Under the pieces are notes generated by a model that was not told the DNA's origin, made no database searches, and saw nothing but the letters and a program-made list of their open reading frames with translations. A stretch of DNA of 63,411 bases, filler included, from Octopus bimaculoides (Eukaryota), in NCBI RefSeq assembly GCF_001194135.2. It is 4 parts of 4 records of this genome, joined end to end, with 100 filler letters (N's around TTAATTAATTAA, not from the genome) between each part and the next. Parts side by side here need not be neighbours in the genome. Positions count along the whole stretch, not along the records: positions 1 to 18,248 come from NC_068986.1; 3 more parts are not named here. One strand, written 5' to 3'. Made by a program: the position numbers and the translations under genes. Below, one piece after another: positions 1 to 11,205 of the stretch (position 1 is the first letter of the stretch; the number at the start of each line of letters is the position of its first letter).

Positions 1-332
1 TATATATATATATACGATGGGCTTCCAGTTTCCATCAAATCCACTCACAAGGCTTTGGTAAGCCTGAGGCTATTGTAGAAGACACTTGGCCAAGGTGCCA
101 CGCAGTGGAACTGAATCTGGAACCATGTAGTTGGGAAGTAAGCTGTGTATATAATCTTTTACCAGTTCCAGTCATTAGGCTGTGGCCATGCTGGGGCACC
201 ACCTTGAAGTACTTTAGTTAAACAAATTGACCCCAGTACAGTTTTCCCCTAAGTTTGATACTTATTCTATTGATCTCTTTTGCTAAACTGCTAAGTTATA
301 GGATGTAAACTCACCAACACCGGTTGTCCAGC
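1..332 (-). mobile_element. SINE family B, head half (1-145) and tail half (152-332)
   Basis: Reverse complement matches the family B body (CACCTTGGGCAAGTGTCTTCTAC...GTAGACGGAAACTGAAAGAAGCCC) and tail (GGTGCTCCAGCATGGCC...GACTGAAAC) seen in more than 15 copies in the window. Confidence 0.8.
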
Positions 333-407
333 AGAGGACAATTTTTGACTCCAAGATCTCTGGAAGCCAATTTCTTAATCAGTGTCTATTCTCTTTTACT
401 TGAATAT

Positions 408-795
408 ATTTTTACTTGCTTCAACCATCAGACTGTGGCCATGCTGGGGGTACCGTCTTGAAGAATTTTAGTCAAATGAATCAATCCCAGTGTTTATTTT
501 GGTACTTATTCTATCGGACTCTTGTGCCAAACTGCTAAGTTACAGGGATGTAAACACACCAACACTGGTTGTTAAGTGGTGGTGGAGGACAAACAGACAC
601 AAAGACACTCACATGCACATAGATATACATATATGTATATATACACTGGGCTTCTTTCAGTCTTTCACTACCAATCCCATGCACAAGGCTTTAGCTGACC
701 TAAGGCTATAGATAAAAAACAAATTGCCCAAGGTGCCGTGTAGTAGGACTGAACCTGGAACCATATTTGGGAAGCAAACTTACTTCACAGACACA
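408..795 (-). mobile_element. SINE family B, full-length diverged copy
   Basis: Head, central (TA/CA)n spacer and tail are all alignable by eye to the young copies at 28393 and 35885. Confidence 0.85.
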
Positions 796-830
796 CATGT
801 ATATATGTAGTCAAGGCCAATGCCAGTGTC

Positions 831-967
831 GGTGGCACGTAAAAAGCACCTGCTACACTCTCGGAGTGGTTGGTGTTAAGAAGGACATCCAGTTGTAGAA
901 ATCTTGCCAGTCCTCAAACTGGCCAACCCATGCCAGCATGAAAAATGTACGTTAAACTATGATGATG
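831..967 (+). mobile_element. Family C (RTE LINE 3' end), internally deleted
   Basis: GGTGGCACGTAAAAAGCACC...GTGGTTGG...AACCCATGCCAGCATG followed by a (GAT)n tail. Confidence 0.75.
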
Positions 968-1270
968 CATGTATGTACACACACACACATATATACATAT
1001 ACACAGAATTTCGCCTATATTTAAATCATAACCCTGAAGTGACTATATATAAAGGAGCTGTTATTATGTATGTATATCAGAAAAAATATATATAAGTTAA
1101 AACAATTTGTTGGCCTTTTATGGTTTTTTAATAATTGTTTATGTCATATAATATTCAGTTATATTATATTCATAGTATATCATGTAATATTATAATATAC
1201 ATAAATTATTGGATTGTCAACAGTATCTTTCTATTTAATTTATTTTTATATGTATGTGTATGTATATATA

Positions 1271-1426
1271 TCATCATCATCATCATCATCATCATCGTTT
1301 AACGTCCGCCTTCCATGCTAGCATGGGTTGGACGATTTGACTGAGGACTGGTGAAACCGGATGGCAACACCAGGCTCCAGTCTGATTTGGCAGAGTTTCT
1401 ACAGCTGGATGCCCTTCCTAACGCCA
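1271..1426 (-). mobile_element. Family C (RTE 3' end), very young 5'-truncated copy
   Basis: Reverse complement differs by 1 nt from 14267-14470 over about 135 bp; (CAT)n tail. Confidence 0.9.
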
Positions 1427-2060
1427 TATATGCGAGTAAAAATAAATACAAAAAAAGGGGGTTTTGTATGATTGTGTATAGAGGAATATATTATTTTGTT
1501 TAAAAGAGTTCCAACACTGTCTGTTTTTTATGTTTTATTTATATTCCTGCAAAACCAATGTGGGATATAGAATATGGAATATACAATATATAAAATATAA
1601 TATAAAATAAAAATGGATGGTACAANNNNNNNNNNNNNNNNNNNNNNNNNNNNNNNNNNNNNNNNNNNNNNNNNNNNNNNNNNNNNNNNNNNNNNNNNNN
1701 NNNNNNNNNNNNNNNNNNNNNNNNNNNNNNNNNNNNNNNNNNNNNNNNNNNNNNNNNNNNNNNNNNNNNNNNNNNNNNNNNNNNNNNNNNNNNNNNNNNN
1801 NNNNNNNNNNNNNNNNNNNNNNNNNNNNNNNNNNNNNNNNNNNNNNNNNNNNNNNNNNNNNNNNNNNNNNNNNNNNNNNNNNNNNNNNNNNNNNNNNNNN
1901 NNNNNNNNNNNNNNNNNNNNNNNNNNNNNNNNNNNNNNNNNNNNNNNNNNNNNNNNNNNNNNNNNNNNNNNNNNNNAAAAAAAAAAAAAAAAAAAATCAA
2001 AATGCTAACAAACACTAATTTTAAAATCTCAAAAAGTAAGCCATGATCTGTAAATTGACT

Positions 2061-2610
2061 GAGGCATAGCTGTGCGGTTAAGAAGTTCATTTTGCCACCA
2101 TGTGGTTTTGGGTTCAGCCTCACCGTATGGAACCTAGGACAAGTTTCTTTCGTTATAGCTCTGGGCCAACCAATATGGTAGACAGAAACTGTGTGGAAGC
2201 CTGTCATGTGCAAGCAACTATGCTGGTGCACCCAGTACACTCTGTAAAGTGGTTGGCATCAGGAAGGGCATCCTGCAGTAGAAACCATGCAAAAAGAGAC
2301 AATTGGAGCCTGGTGTGGCTCCTGGCTTTGCCAGCTCGTCAAAACGTCCAACACATGCCAGCATGGAAAATGGATGTTAAATGATGATGATGATGATGTG
2401 TGTCTCTCTGTATGCCCACCACTGCTTAACAACCAGTGATGGTTTGTTTATGTCCTAGTAACTTAATGTTTTGGCACAAGCAACTGGTAGAAAAAAACAG
2501 CACCAGACTTTAAAGAAATATGTACTGGAGTTGAGTTGCTTCACTAAATCCTTCGAGGCAGGACACTAGCATGGTTACAGTTCAACGACTGAAACAAATA
2601 AAAGGGTAAA
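2061..2610 (+). mobile_element. SINE family B interrupted by a family C fragment (about 2228-2398)
   Basis: B head 2061-2215, then C body with GGAAGGGCATCC and a (GAT)n tail, then B tail 2400-2610. Confidence 0.75.
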
Positions 2611-2994
2611 ATTCAAAGAGAACAGAGAAATCCCCAGACCCCCACCCAACTTCAAAAGCTGTAACAATACCTTAAAGACTCATAGCACATGACTTGTATC
2701 AATCTATCAATAATATTTCTCAGCAGATAAAAATCAGTGCATTTTGGTTATGTATACAAGTTGTCGTGTGAGACTATTACATAACTCAATGTTAACAGCG
2801 AACAAGCAAAACAAGGGAAAACCCAGTCAACCCTCATACAAACGGGGACAGCATTTATCTTTTTGCTGTCCACTCCACCTTGTCCTTAAGCAGGTCTTTT
2901 TAAAGCAGCTGTTCAGAGAATGACCACTTTCAACGGAAAATGATAGGTCATTTACATACAAAAGACAGAGATCAATAAATCTATATGTGTTCTA

Positions 2995-3420
2995 TTCTCA
3001 TAAGCAGAAAGTACTTGTCTAGAGCCATGAATGAGAGGGAGGGAGAGAGAAGAGAAAGAGAGAGAGCTGAGAGAAGAGAGAGAAAGAAAGAGAGAGAGAA
3101 TGCAGAAGATACTAACAAACATGTAAGACTGGAGAAGATAGAATGGATAAGACAGTGAAGACAGAGAGAGAGAGAGAGGAGGAGAGGGAGGGAGAGAGAG
3201 AGGAGGGGGAAGGAGAGAGAGAGAGAGAAGGGGAGAAGAGAGAGAGGAGGGGGAGAAGAGAGAGAGAGATAGAGAATGGAGAAGATACTATCAAACATGT
3301 AAAAATGGAGAAGATAGAATGGATAAGACAGTGAAGACAGAGAGAGAGAGAGAGAGGAGGAGAGGGAGGGAGAGAGAGAGAATATACTATCAGATATGTA
3401 AGATTGGAGGAGAGAGAATA

Positions 3421-3456
<36 letters not shown>

Positions 3457-3520
3457 AAAGAGAGAAAGACACAGATAGATAAAGGAATACAGATAGAAGC
3501 AGAGGAGGGAAGGAAATAGG
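2995..3520. repeat. (GA)n-rich compound repeat with 2-3 copies of a roughly 175-bp higher-order unit
   Basis: GAAGATACTA.CAAACATGTAA.A.TGGAGAAGATAGAATGGATAAGACAGTGAAGAC occurs at about 3105 and 3280, with a partial copy at about 3385. Confidence 0.9.
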
Positions 3521-3554
3521 AGCAAAGTTTAAAGACCCATCTTGCTGACGTTAT

Positions 3555-3740
3555 GGAATGTACTGTCAGTGATATTTCTGGGTTCTGAGGAGTTTTGGGG
3601 GTCTTTCAACATCAGAGCCCCTTTCTTAGCTGAGCCAGCTGGGGGGGTTGATCAAGTCACAGTTTGCATCCCACTGGTCTGCTCTCTTTATCCAAAACCA
3701 CCAACTAATGGCCTTCTCTGCAACCACAGTGATGGAACCT
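3555..3740 (-). mobile_element. 3' fragment of an RLE-type non-LTR retrotransposon, HERO/NeSL-like
   Basis: Minus frame IGSITVVAEKAISWWFWIKRADQW resembles the AEKASRWLWIKR..W C-terminus I recall for HERO elements; the following TGATCAACCCC...CTGATGTTGAAAGACCC resembles their 3'UTR. Recalled, not searched. Confidence 0.55.
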
Positions 3741-3900
3741 ATAGGTGCAGAGGTGGCTGCATGGTTAGGAAGCTTGCTTCTCAATCAGGTGGTCTTTGGG
3801 TTCAGTCCAACTGTGTTGCATTTTGGGGAAGTGTCTTCTACCATAGCACTGGGCTGACCAAAGTCTTGGTAGACGAAAGCTGGAAGAAGCTTTCGAAATA
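3741..3900 (+). mobile_element. SINE family B head
   Basis: A-box-like TGGCTGCATGG, B-box-like GGTTCAGTCC, then GGGAAGTGTCTTCTAC. Confidence 0.8.
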
Positions 3901-3904
3901 TGGA

Positions 3905-4110
3905 TTAGACAACTGATGAAGGGTCGTTCTTTGTGTTGTTTGTCTGATTTTCCATTTGTTTCTTTCCTTGTTCACAAACAAAGTCCTTATTCCATGTCCT
4001 CGTACTTCGTTTTTTGTTGTTGTTTGTTTTGTGATGTCCTGTGCTCACATATGCATATGTACATATAATTATACATGTAAGTATGTACGTATACGTATGT
4101 ATATATGCAT
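3905..4110 (+). repeat. Unclassified dispersed repeat family D
   Basis: CTGATGAAGG...TTGTGATGTCCTGT...CATATGCA...ATGTA.GTATGTAC is shared with 18775-18895(-), 37945-38135(-) and 62990-63175(+). Confidence 0.6.
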
Positions 4111-4120
4111 ATATATACAC

Positions 4121-4152
<32 letters not shown>

Positions 4153-4196
4153 GCATGCATATATATACACATATATATATATACATATATATATAC

Positions 4197-4275
<79 letters not shown>

Positions 4276-4345
4276 TATATATATACATATATACATATAC
4301 ATATATATGCATATATATATTATTTATATTATTATATATATATAT
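4085..4345. repeat. (TA)n/(TACA)n microsatellite
   Basis: Direct inspection. Confidence 0.95.
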
Positions 4346-4727
4346 TTATGTACACGTGGTTGTGCATGCTTGTTTGTACCATTGTATGGACCTTGCATGA
4401 TGGTTGTCAATAAGCAGCAACTCATCTCTCTGCTTGCATAGGATACATAGAAAATCAAAGAAGATTGAAATCATATGATCTGGTGGTCTCAGCACTGGAG
4501 CTAAGGATTTATCTCCCCACTGGCGATGTAAACAAACAAGCATGCATTTTGCATCAAAAGCCTATATGAGGATTTCTCTCATGGTATTTACCACAGTATA
4601 GCTTATTCTAACAGAACATCCATGTTTAAATGGGAATAAATATTACCTCTTAAAATATATTTTGGATATCTTCTGCTTGTGCTTGAGATCATGGCACTCC
4701 CACATTCTTGAGCTTCCAACCCATATT

Positions 4728-4940
4728 ACTTTCTACTCTAGGCACAAGGCCCGAAATTTTGGGGGAGGGGACCAATCGATTAGATCGACCCCAGTATGCA
4801 ACTGGTACTTAATTTATGAACCCCGAAAAGATGAAAGGCAAAGTCGACCTCGGCGGAATTTGAACTCAGAACGTAAAGACAGATGAAATACTGCTAAGCA
4901 TTTCGCCTGGCATGCAAACATTTCTGCGAGCTCGCCACCT
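4728..4940 (-). mobile_element. SINE family A (tRNA-derived)
   Basis: Reverse complement reads GGCGAGCT.GCAGAAA.GTT.GCA...GAGTTCAAATTCCGCCGAGGTCGACTTTGCCTTTCATC; B box GTTCAAATTC. Confidence 0.9.
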
Positions 4941-5851
4941 TCCTCCAACTCATATTGGTGTTGAATATCTTACCCTGGTTTATCTCTGGATCATGTCAGC
5001 TATACTGGAGGGGGTCTGTAAGGTGCTGTGGAAGCCTTATTGAACTTAAGACTCTAGGTTATGCAATGGCCAGCAAGGTGACTTCCTGATGCGCAGTTGA
5101 GTAGGAGAGTGCCATGGTGAGCATGGAAGCCATGAGTGTGAAGCTGGTGGCTGGTGCAATAACCTCATGCATGAGCAATGGCCTTTGATGGTCTTCCTCG
5201 GTCATGAGTGGACAGCCATCATCATCAAAAACACACACACACAGGGTCAGATTAAGAACTACAGAAGCCTTAAGCACTTAAAAGATTCTGGTTCTCCTGA
5301 TTATATTCAATTGAAAACATAAACAATAATAAACCATAAAATAAATTTTTGGAGTAAAGATTCCCTTGTTCGAAAATATAAGGACACAGATTATGTCGTA
5401 TAGCCAGCTGGAGATGATGTCTCCTGGGGCTAAATTACAGCAACATTAGTCCTAAACCAGGACTGCCATGTTGTGTTGGCAAACAATCTTTACTCCAAAG
5501 TACTGTTGCTGAATATCTCCCATTGTGAGATCTAAAAATAGTAATTTTCTAAGTAAATTTCTATTTTCCAAAATGAAACAAAATTAACAGAAAGATGGAA
5601 AATAATGTTTATTTTTGTATACTTCCACTTTATTTATATTTGAAAAGTTTTCTCCTAGTTTTTTAATTGCAAAGTCCTTGACTAAATCCTCTCCATGACA
5701 TCATGAACACTACGAAATTATTTTGGCAAGTTTTAAGTGATTTCTTTTATGCCATAAACCATTTACCGTTCTTGTGGTGCTCCACCCCTCCCTTGATGCC
5801 CTAAGCAAGTATTTATTTTGCATAATAGTTAATCCAGCACTGCACATGTAT

Positions 5852-6248
5852 ATACATCCCAACCACATGGTTCTGGGTTCAGTTCCACTGTGTGGCACCT
5901 TGGGAAGGTGTCTTCTACTTTTGCCTCAAGTGGACCAAAGCCTTGTGAGTCGAGTTGGTAGACAGAAACTGAAAGAAGCCTGTTGTGTATATTATATATA
6001 TATATATACATACACATAAGTGTGTGTGTGTGAGTTTGTGCCTCTGTTTACCCACCACCGTTGCTTAACAACTGGCTTTGGTGTGTTTATGTTTCTGTAA
6101 CTTAGCAGTTTTGCAAAAGTGACTGATAGAATAAGTACCAGACTTCAAAAAATAAGTATTGAGGTTGATTTGTTTGAATAAAAATTCATCAAGGCTATGC
6201 CCCAGCATGGCCACAATCTAATGACTGAAACAAGTAAAAGATAAAAGA
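5852..6248 (+). mobile_element. SINE family B, CpG-decayed copy
   Basis: Full body and tail; consensus CG sites read TG or CA. Confidence 0.85.
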
Positions 6249-6275
6249 AACGTATTTATATACATATCAAATACA

Positions 6276-6716
6276 TAGGTGCAGGCATGGCTGTGTGGTA
6301 AGAAGCTTGCTTTCCAAACACATGGTTCTAGGTTCAGTCCCACTGCATGGCACCCTGGGCAAGTGTCTTCTACTATGGTTTTGGACTGACCAATGCTTTG
6401 TGAGTGGATTTGGTAGAGAGAAACTGAAAGAAGCCCATTGTATGTATCATCATCATCATCATCCTCGCTTAATGTCCGCTTTCCATGCTGGCATGGGTTG
6501 GATATATATATATGAATATATTTATGTGTGTGTCTATATTTGTTCCCCCACCATTGCTTGACAACCAATGTTGGCATGTTTATGTCCCCGTAACTTAGTG
6601 GTTCTGCAAAAGAGACCGGTAGAATAAAGTACCAGGCTTATAAAAAATAAGTCTTTGACTAAAAGTCAGTGCTCCAGCATGGCCACAGTCAAAATCACTG
6701 AAACAAGCAAAAGAAC
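6276..6716 (+). mobile_element. SINE family B with an antisense family C tail fragment inserted (6446-6501)
   Basis: B head and tail flank (CAT)n-CTCGCTTAATGTCCGCTTTCCATGCTGGCATGGGTTGG. Confidence 0.85.
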
Positions 6717-6828
6717 GAATACAGGAAGAGGAAGGATTGTTCTCTATGCCACTACTCTGAATTTCCTGTTTCTATTTTGTACCACAAGAAGATAGAAGTA
6801 GGATTAAATCACAGTAATAATGATTTAA

Positions 6829-7045
6829 TCCTTTCATTACCAACCCGGCTGAAACCGGCTCTGAGTACAAATGTCTTGCTTTCATAAGTCTTGAATAAAA
6901 ATCTTCCGCCAAACCTTAGTCACGATTTATGGTCTTAACACTAGCTGATTGATAATAACTAAGTTATTTTACTAAATTCTTTGTTATATTTAAAGTAATT
7001 GAAAGAAACACAGAGCACCTCAACAGAAATATGGTAACGAAAGGG
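6829..7045. mobile_element. TTAA-flanked MITE (piggyBac-type non-autonomous element)
   Basis: TTAA at 6825-6828 and 7046-7049; terminal inverted repeats TCCTTTCATTACCA / TGGTAACGAAAGGG match at 12/14. Confidence 0.8.
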
Positions 7046-8202
7046 TTAATGGTGATGGAAGGTGGTTAGTTAAAGCGTTGACTCTATTGCTTTGCTCATG
7101 CTTTATTCTATTGACCATGGAGGAGTGAAAGGCAAAATTTTACAAGAGTGGGATTTGAAAGTAAAAAACTGGAAAAAATACAGCTAGGTAATTATATCCC
7201 CCCCACCGGCACCGACTCTATTACGATTTTGCCAGCTTGGCGCCAAAGTAAGAACACAAAAAGCATCCTCGGCTTTGAATGTCTAGATATGGTCTGTACT
7301 GGGTTGTAAGTTCATTTAATTATGAATTTGTAAAACCAAACAACCCATTCCTGTAATATAGCACACAAATATATAAGCATCCAGAAAGACACAAAATAAA
7401 AACAGTAGAAATAAAAATAATAAAAATATATATATATATATATATATATAAAACAACGCAAAAAGAAACAATTACAAGAACACACACAAAAATTTAAGAA
7501 AAGCGATAAAATGAACAAAAGAATTAAATAGCAAAATATTTTTGTAAATAAACTAATTCAGTGAACCATATCTCGAAGCTTCCCGCCAAAACAGTAGGTG
7601 TGAAGTTACAGCTTTTTCCTTTTCTTTTCAAAGGCATTTTATTTATTTATACTCTTTTTTTTTCCTTGTTGTCTGTATCCTTCACATTNNNNNNNNNNNN
7701 NNNNNNNNNNNNNNNNNNNNNNNNNNNNNNNNNNNNNNNNNNNNNNNNNNNNNNNNNNNNNNNNNNNNNNNNNNNNNNNNNNNNNNNNNNNNNNNNNNNN
7801 NNNNNNNNNNNNNNNNNNNNNNNNNNNNNNNNNNNNNNNNNNNNNNNNNNNNNNNNNNNNNNNNNNNNNNNNNNNNNNNNNNNNNNNNNNNNNNNNNNNN
7901 NNNNNNNNNNNNNNNNNNNNNNNNNNNNNNNNNNNNNNNNNNNNNNNNNNNNNNNNNNNNNNNNNNNNNNNNNNNNNNNNNNNNNNNNNNNNNNNNNNNN
8001 NNNNNNNNNNNNNNNNNNNNNNNNNNNNNNNNNNNNNNNNNNNNNNNNNNNNNNNNNNNNNNNNNNNNNNNNNNNNNNNNNNNNNNNNNNNNNNNNNNNN
8101 NNNNNNNNNNNNNNNNNNNNNNNNNNNNNNNNNNNNNNNNNNNNNNGCTAAGCATTTTGCCTGGAACACTAATGATTCTACCAGCTTTCTGCTTTAAAAA
8201 TA

Positions 8203-8253
8203 ATATTAATAATAATAATAATGATGATGATAATAATAATGATGATAATAATG

Positions 8254-8313
<60 letters not shown>

Positions 8314-8391
8314 TTAATAATAATAATAATGATGATGATAATAATAATGATGATAATAATGATGATGATAATGATAATAATAATAATAATG

Positions 8392-8422
<31 letters not shown>

Positions 8423-8425
8423 TAA
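8203..8425. repeat. (AAT)n/(GAT)n microsatellite, the expanded 3' tail of the adjacent SINE A
   Basis: Abuts the tail end of the minus-strand SINE at 8426. Confidence 0.95.
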
Positions 8426-8642
8426 TCCTTTCTGCAACAGGCACAAGGCCCAAAATTTTGGGGGAGGTGGGGTCAGTCGATTTGATTGACCCCGGTACGG
8501 AACTGGTACTTAATTTATCGACCCCCAAAAGGGTGAAAGGTAAAGTCAACCTCGGCAGAATTTGAACTCAGAACATAGCGATAGGCGAAATACCGCTAAG
8601 CATTTCGTCCAGCGTGGCAACGATTCTGCCAGCTCGCCGCCT

Positions 8643-8643
<1 letters not shown>
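8426..8643 (-). mobile_element. SINE family A
   Basis: Complete head-to-tail match to family A. Confidence 0.9.
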
Positions 8644-8670
<27 letters not shown>

Positions 8671-8674
<4 letters not shown>

Positions 8675-8860
8675 TCTAATTTGGATACAAGGCCAGCATT
8701 TTTATTTAGGATAGAGGACAGTCAGTTACATTGACCCCAGTATTTTACTGGTATTTATTTCACCAACCTCAAAAAAATGAAAGGTGAGTGTAAAGATGGA
8801 TGAAATGCTGCTAAGCATTTTATCTGGTATGTTAATGATTCTGCCAGTTTGCCACCTTAA
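8671..8860 (-). mobile_element. SINE family A, diverged and internally deleted; preceded by (TAC)n at 8643-8672
   Basis: Head GATTCTGCCAGTTTGCCACCTT and tail ACAAGGCCAGCA are recognisable. Confidence 0.7.
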
Positions 8861-9042
8861 CCATCATCATCATTTAATGTCTGTTTTCCATGCTGGCATG
8901 AGTTGGATGGTTTGACAGGAGCTGGCAAGGTCAGGGGCCACACCAGGTTCCATAGTCTATTCAGGCATGGTTTCTAAAGCTCAATGCCCTTTCTGATGCC
9001 GACAACAGAGTGTAGTGGATGCTTTTTATGTGGCACCAGTGC
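8861..9042 (-). mobile_element. Family C (RTE-type 3' end), diverged
   Basis: (CAT)n tail, TTTCCATGCTGGCATG, ATGCCCTT. Confidence 0.75.
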
Positions 9043-9294
9043 TTTTTTAAAACACAGACCTACCCGTGTAATAGGTGTTGATTTGTTTGACTAAACCCTC
9101 AAACAGTGCTCCAGCATGACTGGAACAATTAAGATTTACATTTTGACAACTGTCAAGGTAGCTCTCAGCTCTTTGAATACCATTCATAGCTCCATTTTTG
9201 TTATGCTGTCATTGCTGGTATGTGACAGGAATAGCACAAGAAGGACCTGTCTCTTGTATCAGTACACAGTGTCTGCCTTTCTGGTTTCTGTTGC

Positions 9295-10037
9295 TGAAGA
9301 GCATCAGTTGTGGTGTGCAAGAGAGACGATTGCGCTGGTATGGACATGTGGTGAGAATGGAGGAGGATAGCTGCGTGAAAAAGTGCCACACCCTAACAGT
9401 TGAGGGAACCCGTGGAAGAGGTAGGCCCAAGAAGACCTGGGCTGAGGTGGTGAGGCAAGACCTTCGTACATTGGGCCTCACCGAGGCGATGACTACTGAC
9501 CGAGACCTTTGGAAATGTGCTGTGCGTGAGAAGACCCGGCAAGCCAAGTAAGATCGTTGCCAGTGTCCCTGGACTGGTTCTTGTGCGGGTGGCACATGNN
9601 NNNNNNNNNNNNNNNNNNNNNNNNNNNNNNNNNNNNNNNNNNNNNNNNNNNNNNNNNNNNNNNNNNNNNNNNNNNNNNNNNNNNNNNNNNNNNNNNNNNN
9701 NNNNNNNNNNNNNNNNNNNNNNNNNNNNNNNNNNNNNNNNNNNNNNNNNNNNNNNNNNNNNNNNNNNNNNNNNNNNNNNNNNNNNNNNNNNNNNNNNNNN
9801 NNNNNGGCACATAAAAGACACCATTTCGAGCGTGGCCGTTTTCGTGCGGGTGACACGTAAAAGCACCCACTACACTCTCTGAGTGGTTGGCGTTAGGAAG
9901 GGCATCCAGCTGTAGAAACTCTGCCAAATTAGACTGGAGCCTGGTGTTGCCATCCGGTTTCACCAGTCCTCAGTCAAATCGTCCAACCCATGCTAGCATG
10001 GAAAGCGAACGTTAAACGATGATGATGATGATGATGA
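9295..10037 (+). mobile_element. 5'-truncated RTE-clade LINE: ORF C-terminus (9297-9551), 3'UTR and (GAT)n tail
   Basis: KSISCGVQERRLRWYGHVVRMEED...GTRGRGRPKKTW...DRDLWK is the typical RTE C-terminal signature (RLRW.GHV.RM, RGRP..TW, DR..W); possible TSD TGAAGAG at 9295-9301 and 10035-10041. Confidence 0.92.
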
Positions 10038-10257
10038 AGAGAAAATAACCACTCTGAAACGCATACATCCAACAGCCTGGTTAGGGAACACTGTGAACTG
10101 ACCCAATGTGTTTGTACCTATCTGTCTACTGCGAGAAATTTTCTCCATGACAAAATGACTTTCTTATGGGTTCAAATATACTTGAGGCATATTTGAACCG
10201 GTAACAAGTTTGTATTTATACACATCACTGCTTAGTACTGTCTCATTATATATATAT

Positions 10258-10335
10258 AATAATTGGACAGGCATAAAATATAGTCAATATATATATGTAT
10301 ATACATTGACTATATTTTATGCCTGTCCAATTATT
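10258..10335. repeat. Perfect 31-bp inverted repeat with a 16-nt loop
   Basis: AATAATTGGACAGGCATAAAATATAGTCAAT (10258-10288) is the exact reverse complement of 10305-10335. Confidence 0.95.
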
Positions 10336-10555
10336 GATAATGTCATTCATTCACATAATTTTTAGCTTTTCTCTTCTCTTTTTTCCTCTATTAACAATTT
10401 CTCTCAACCATATTTTCTAATTAACTGTCCGAAATATTTGAGGTTTTTCACTTTGATGGGGTACAATGAAATTCTGTCAGCATTTGCCATTTCCAGTTCT
10501 TCAAGAATTGACATTGATGTCTCTAGATATTTACATTTCCATCTCTCCATTTTTT

Positions 10556-10790
10556 TGGTGGAAACTGTGTGGAAGCCTATCATGTGTCTATGTGTGTGTG
10601 TGTGTGTGAGTGTTTTAACATTGCATGATTGTTGTAAATGAATGTCGTTCAGTTTCAATATTCTGCAAGAATGTGTCTGGCCTGGGGGAAATATTACCTT
10701 GCTTGGAAACAGGAAGTGCATTCAGCTGTAGAAAATATGCCTCAATAAACTCCATCTGACTTATGCAAACATGGAAAAGTGGATGTTAAT
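10556..10790 (+). mobile_element. SINE family H (B-like segment plus RTE-like tail)
   Basis: GAAATATTACCTTGCTTGGAAACAGG...CAGCTGTAGAAAA...CATGGAAAAGTGGATGTTAA; related to 13431-13698(-). Confidence 0.6.
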
Positions 10791-11205
10791 ATATATGAGT
10801 ATGTGTGTGAACATAAAGATTCCTCAATTCAGTTATGAATTTTCAAAACCAGTACACCCATTCAATCAAGCAAAGAGACAGATTTAAAACATTAAGACAA
10901 ATAATTAATGATACTAGAATTAATTAAAATTCTTAGACTAAAACTAATTTCAAGAACATGAACATCATAACTAATCAAAGTAAATTAAAACATAACCATT
11001 GAAATTCTATTAGTACACTGCCATGTTGCCTCTACAGAATGATGTTATGATAGGTATAGAATTAAAGGTTTGCTCATGGAAGAAAAAAATAATGGATACT
11101 TTTTGAAATTATAATTGTAAACAATTTCCTCAAACAAAATATGCTTCTGAAACACTCAAAAATGTGTAAATTGATCACTGCCTTCTTTTGATGTGAAACA
11201 CCTAA

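Noticed and set aside
2981-3525. Ser/Leu-rich and Glu/Arg-rich ORFs
   Set aside because: (GA)n low-complexity sequence
3905-4441. ORFs of YI, CV and HT dipeptide repeats (also at 20626-20993, 29091-30422, 31190-31819, 33168-34465, 39873-40801, 55438-56244, 62390-62946)
   Set aside because: Translations of (TA)n, (TG)n and (CA)n microsatellites, often extended through N gaps
4662-4886. Recurring peptide RKDERQSRPRRNLNSERNGRRNTAKHFARRAN in several ORFs (also 24621, 39320, 48927, 50495)
   Set aside because: Antisense reading of SINE family A, not a gene family
5400-5535. Minus-strand acceptor TATTTTTAG followed by short open frames (DLTMGDIQQQYFG or SHNGRYSATVLWSKDCLPTQHGSP)
   Set aside because: No recognisable protein and ambiguous donors; cannot be supported without RNA data
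7682-8565. Poly-N/D, poly-I and poly-L ORFs
   Set aside because: (AAT/GAT)n tail of a SINE; the same applies to 53106-53377
10163-10200. 11-bp hairpin GGTTCAAATAT/ATATTTGAACC, with similar words at about 50045 and 50380
   Set aside because: Short; appears to be part of an old diffuse repeat and gives no specific functional signal
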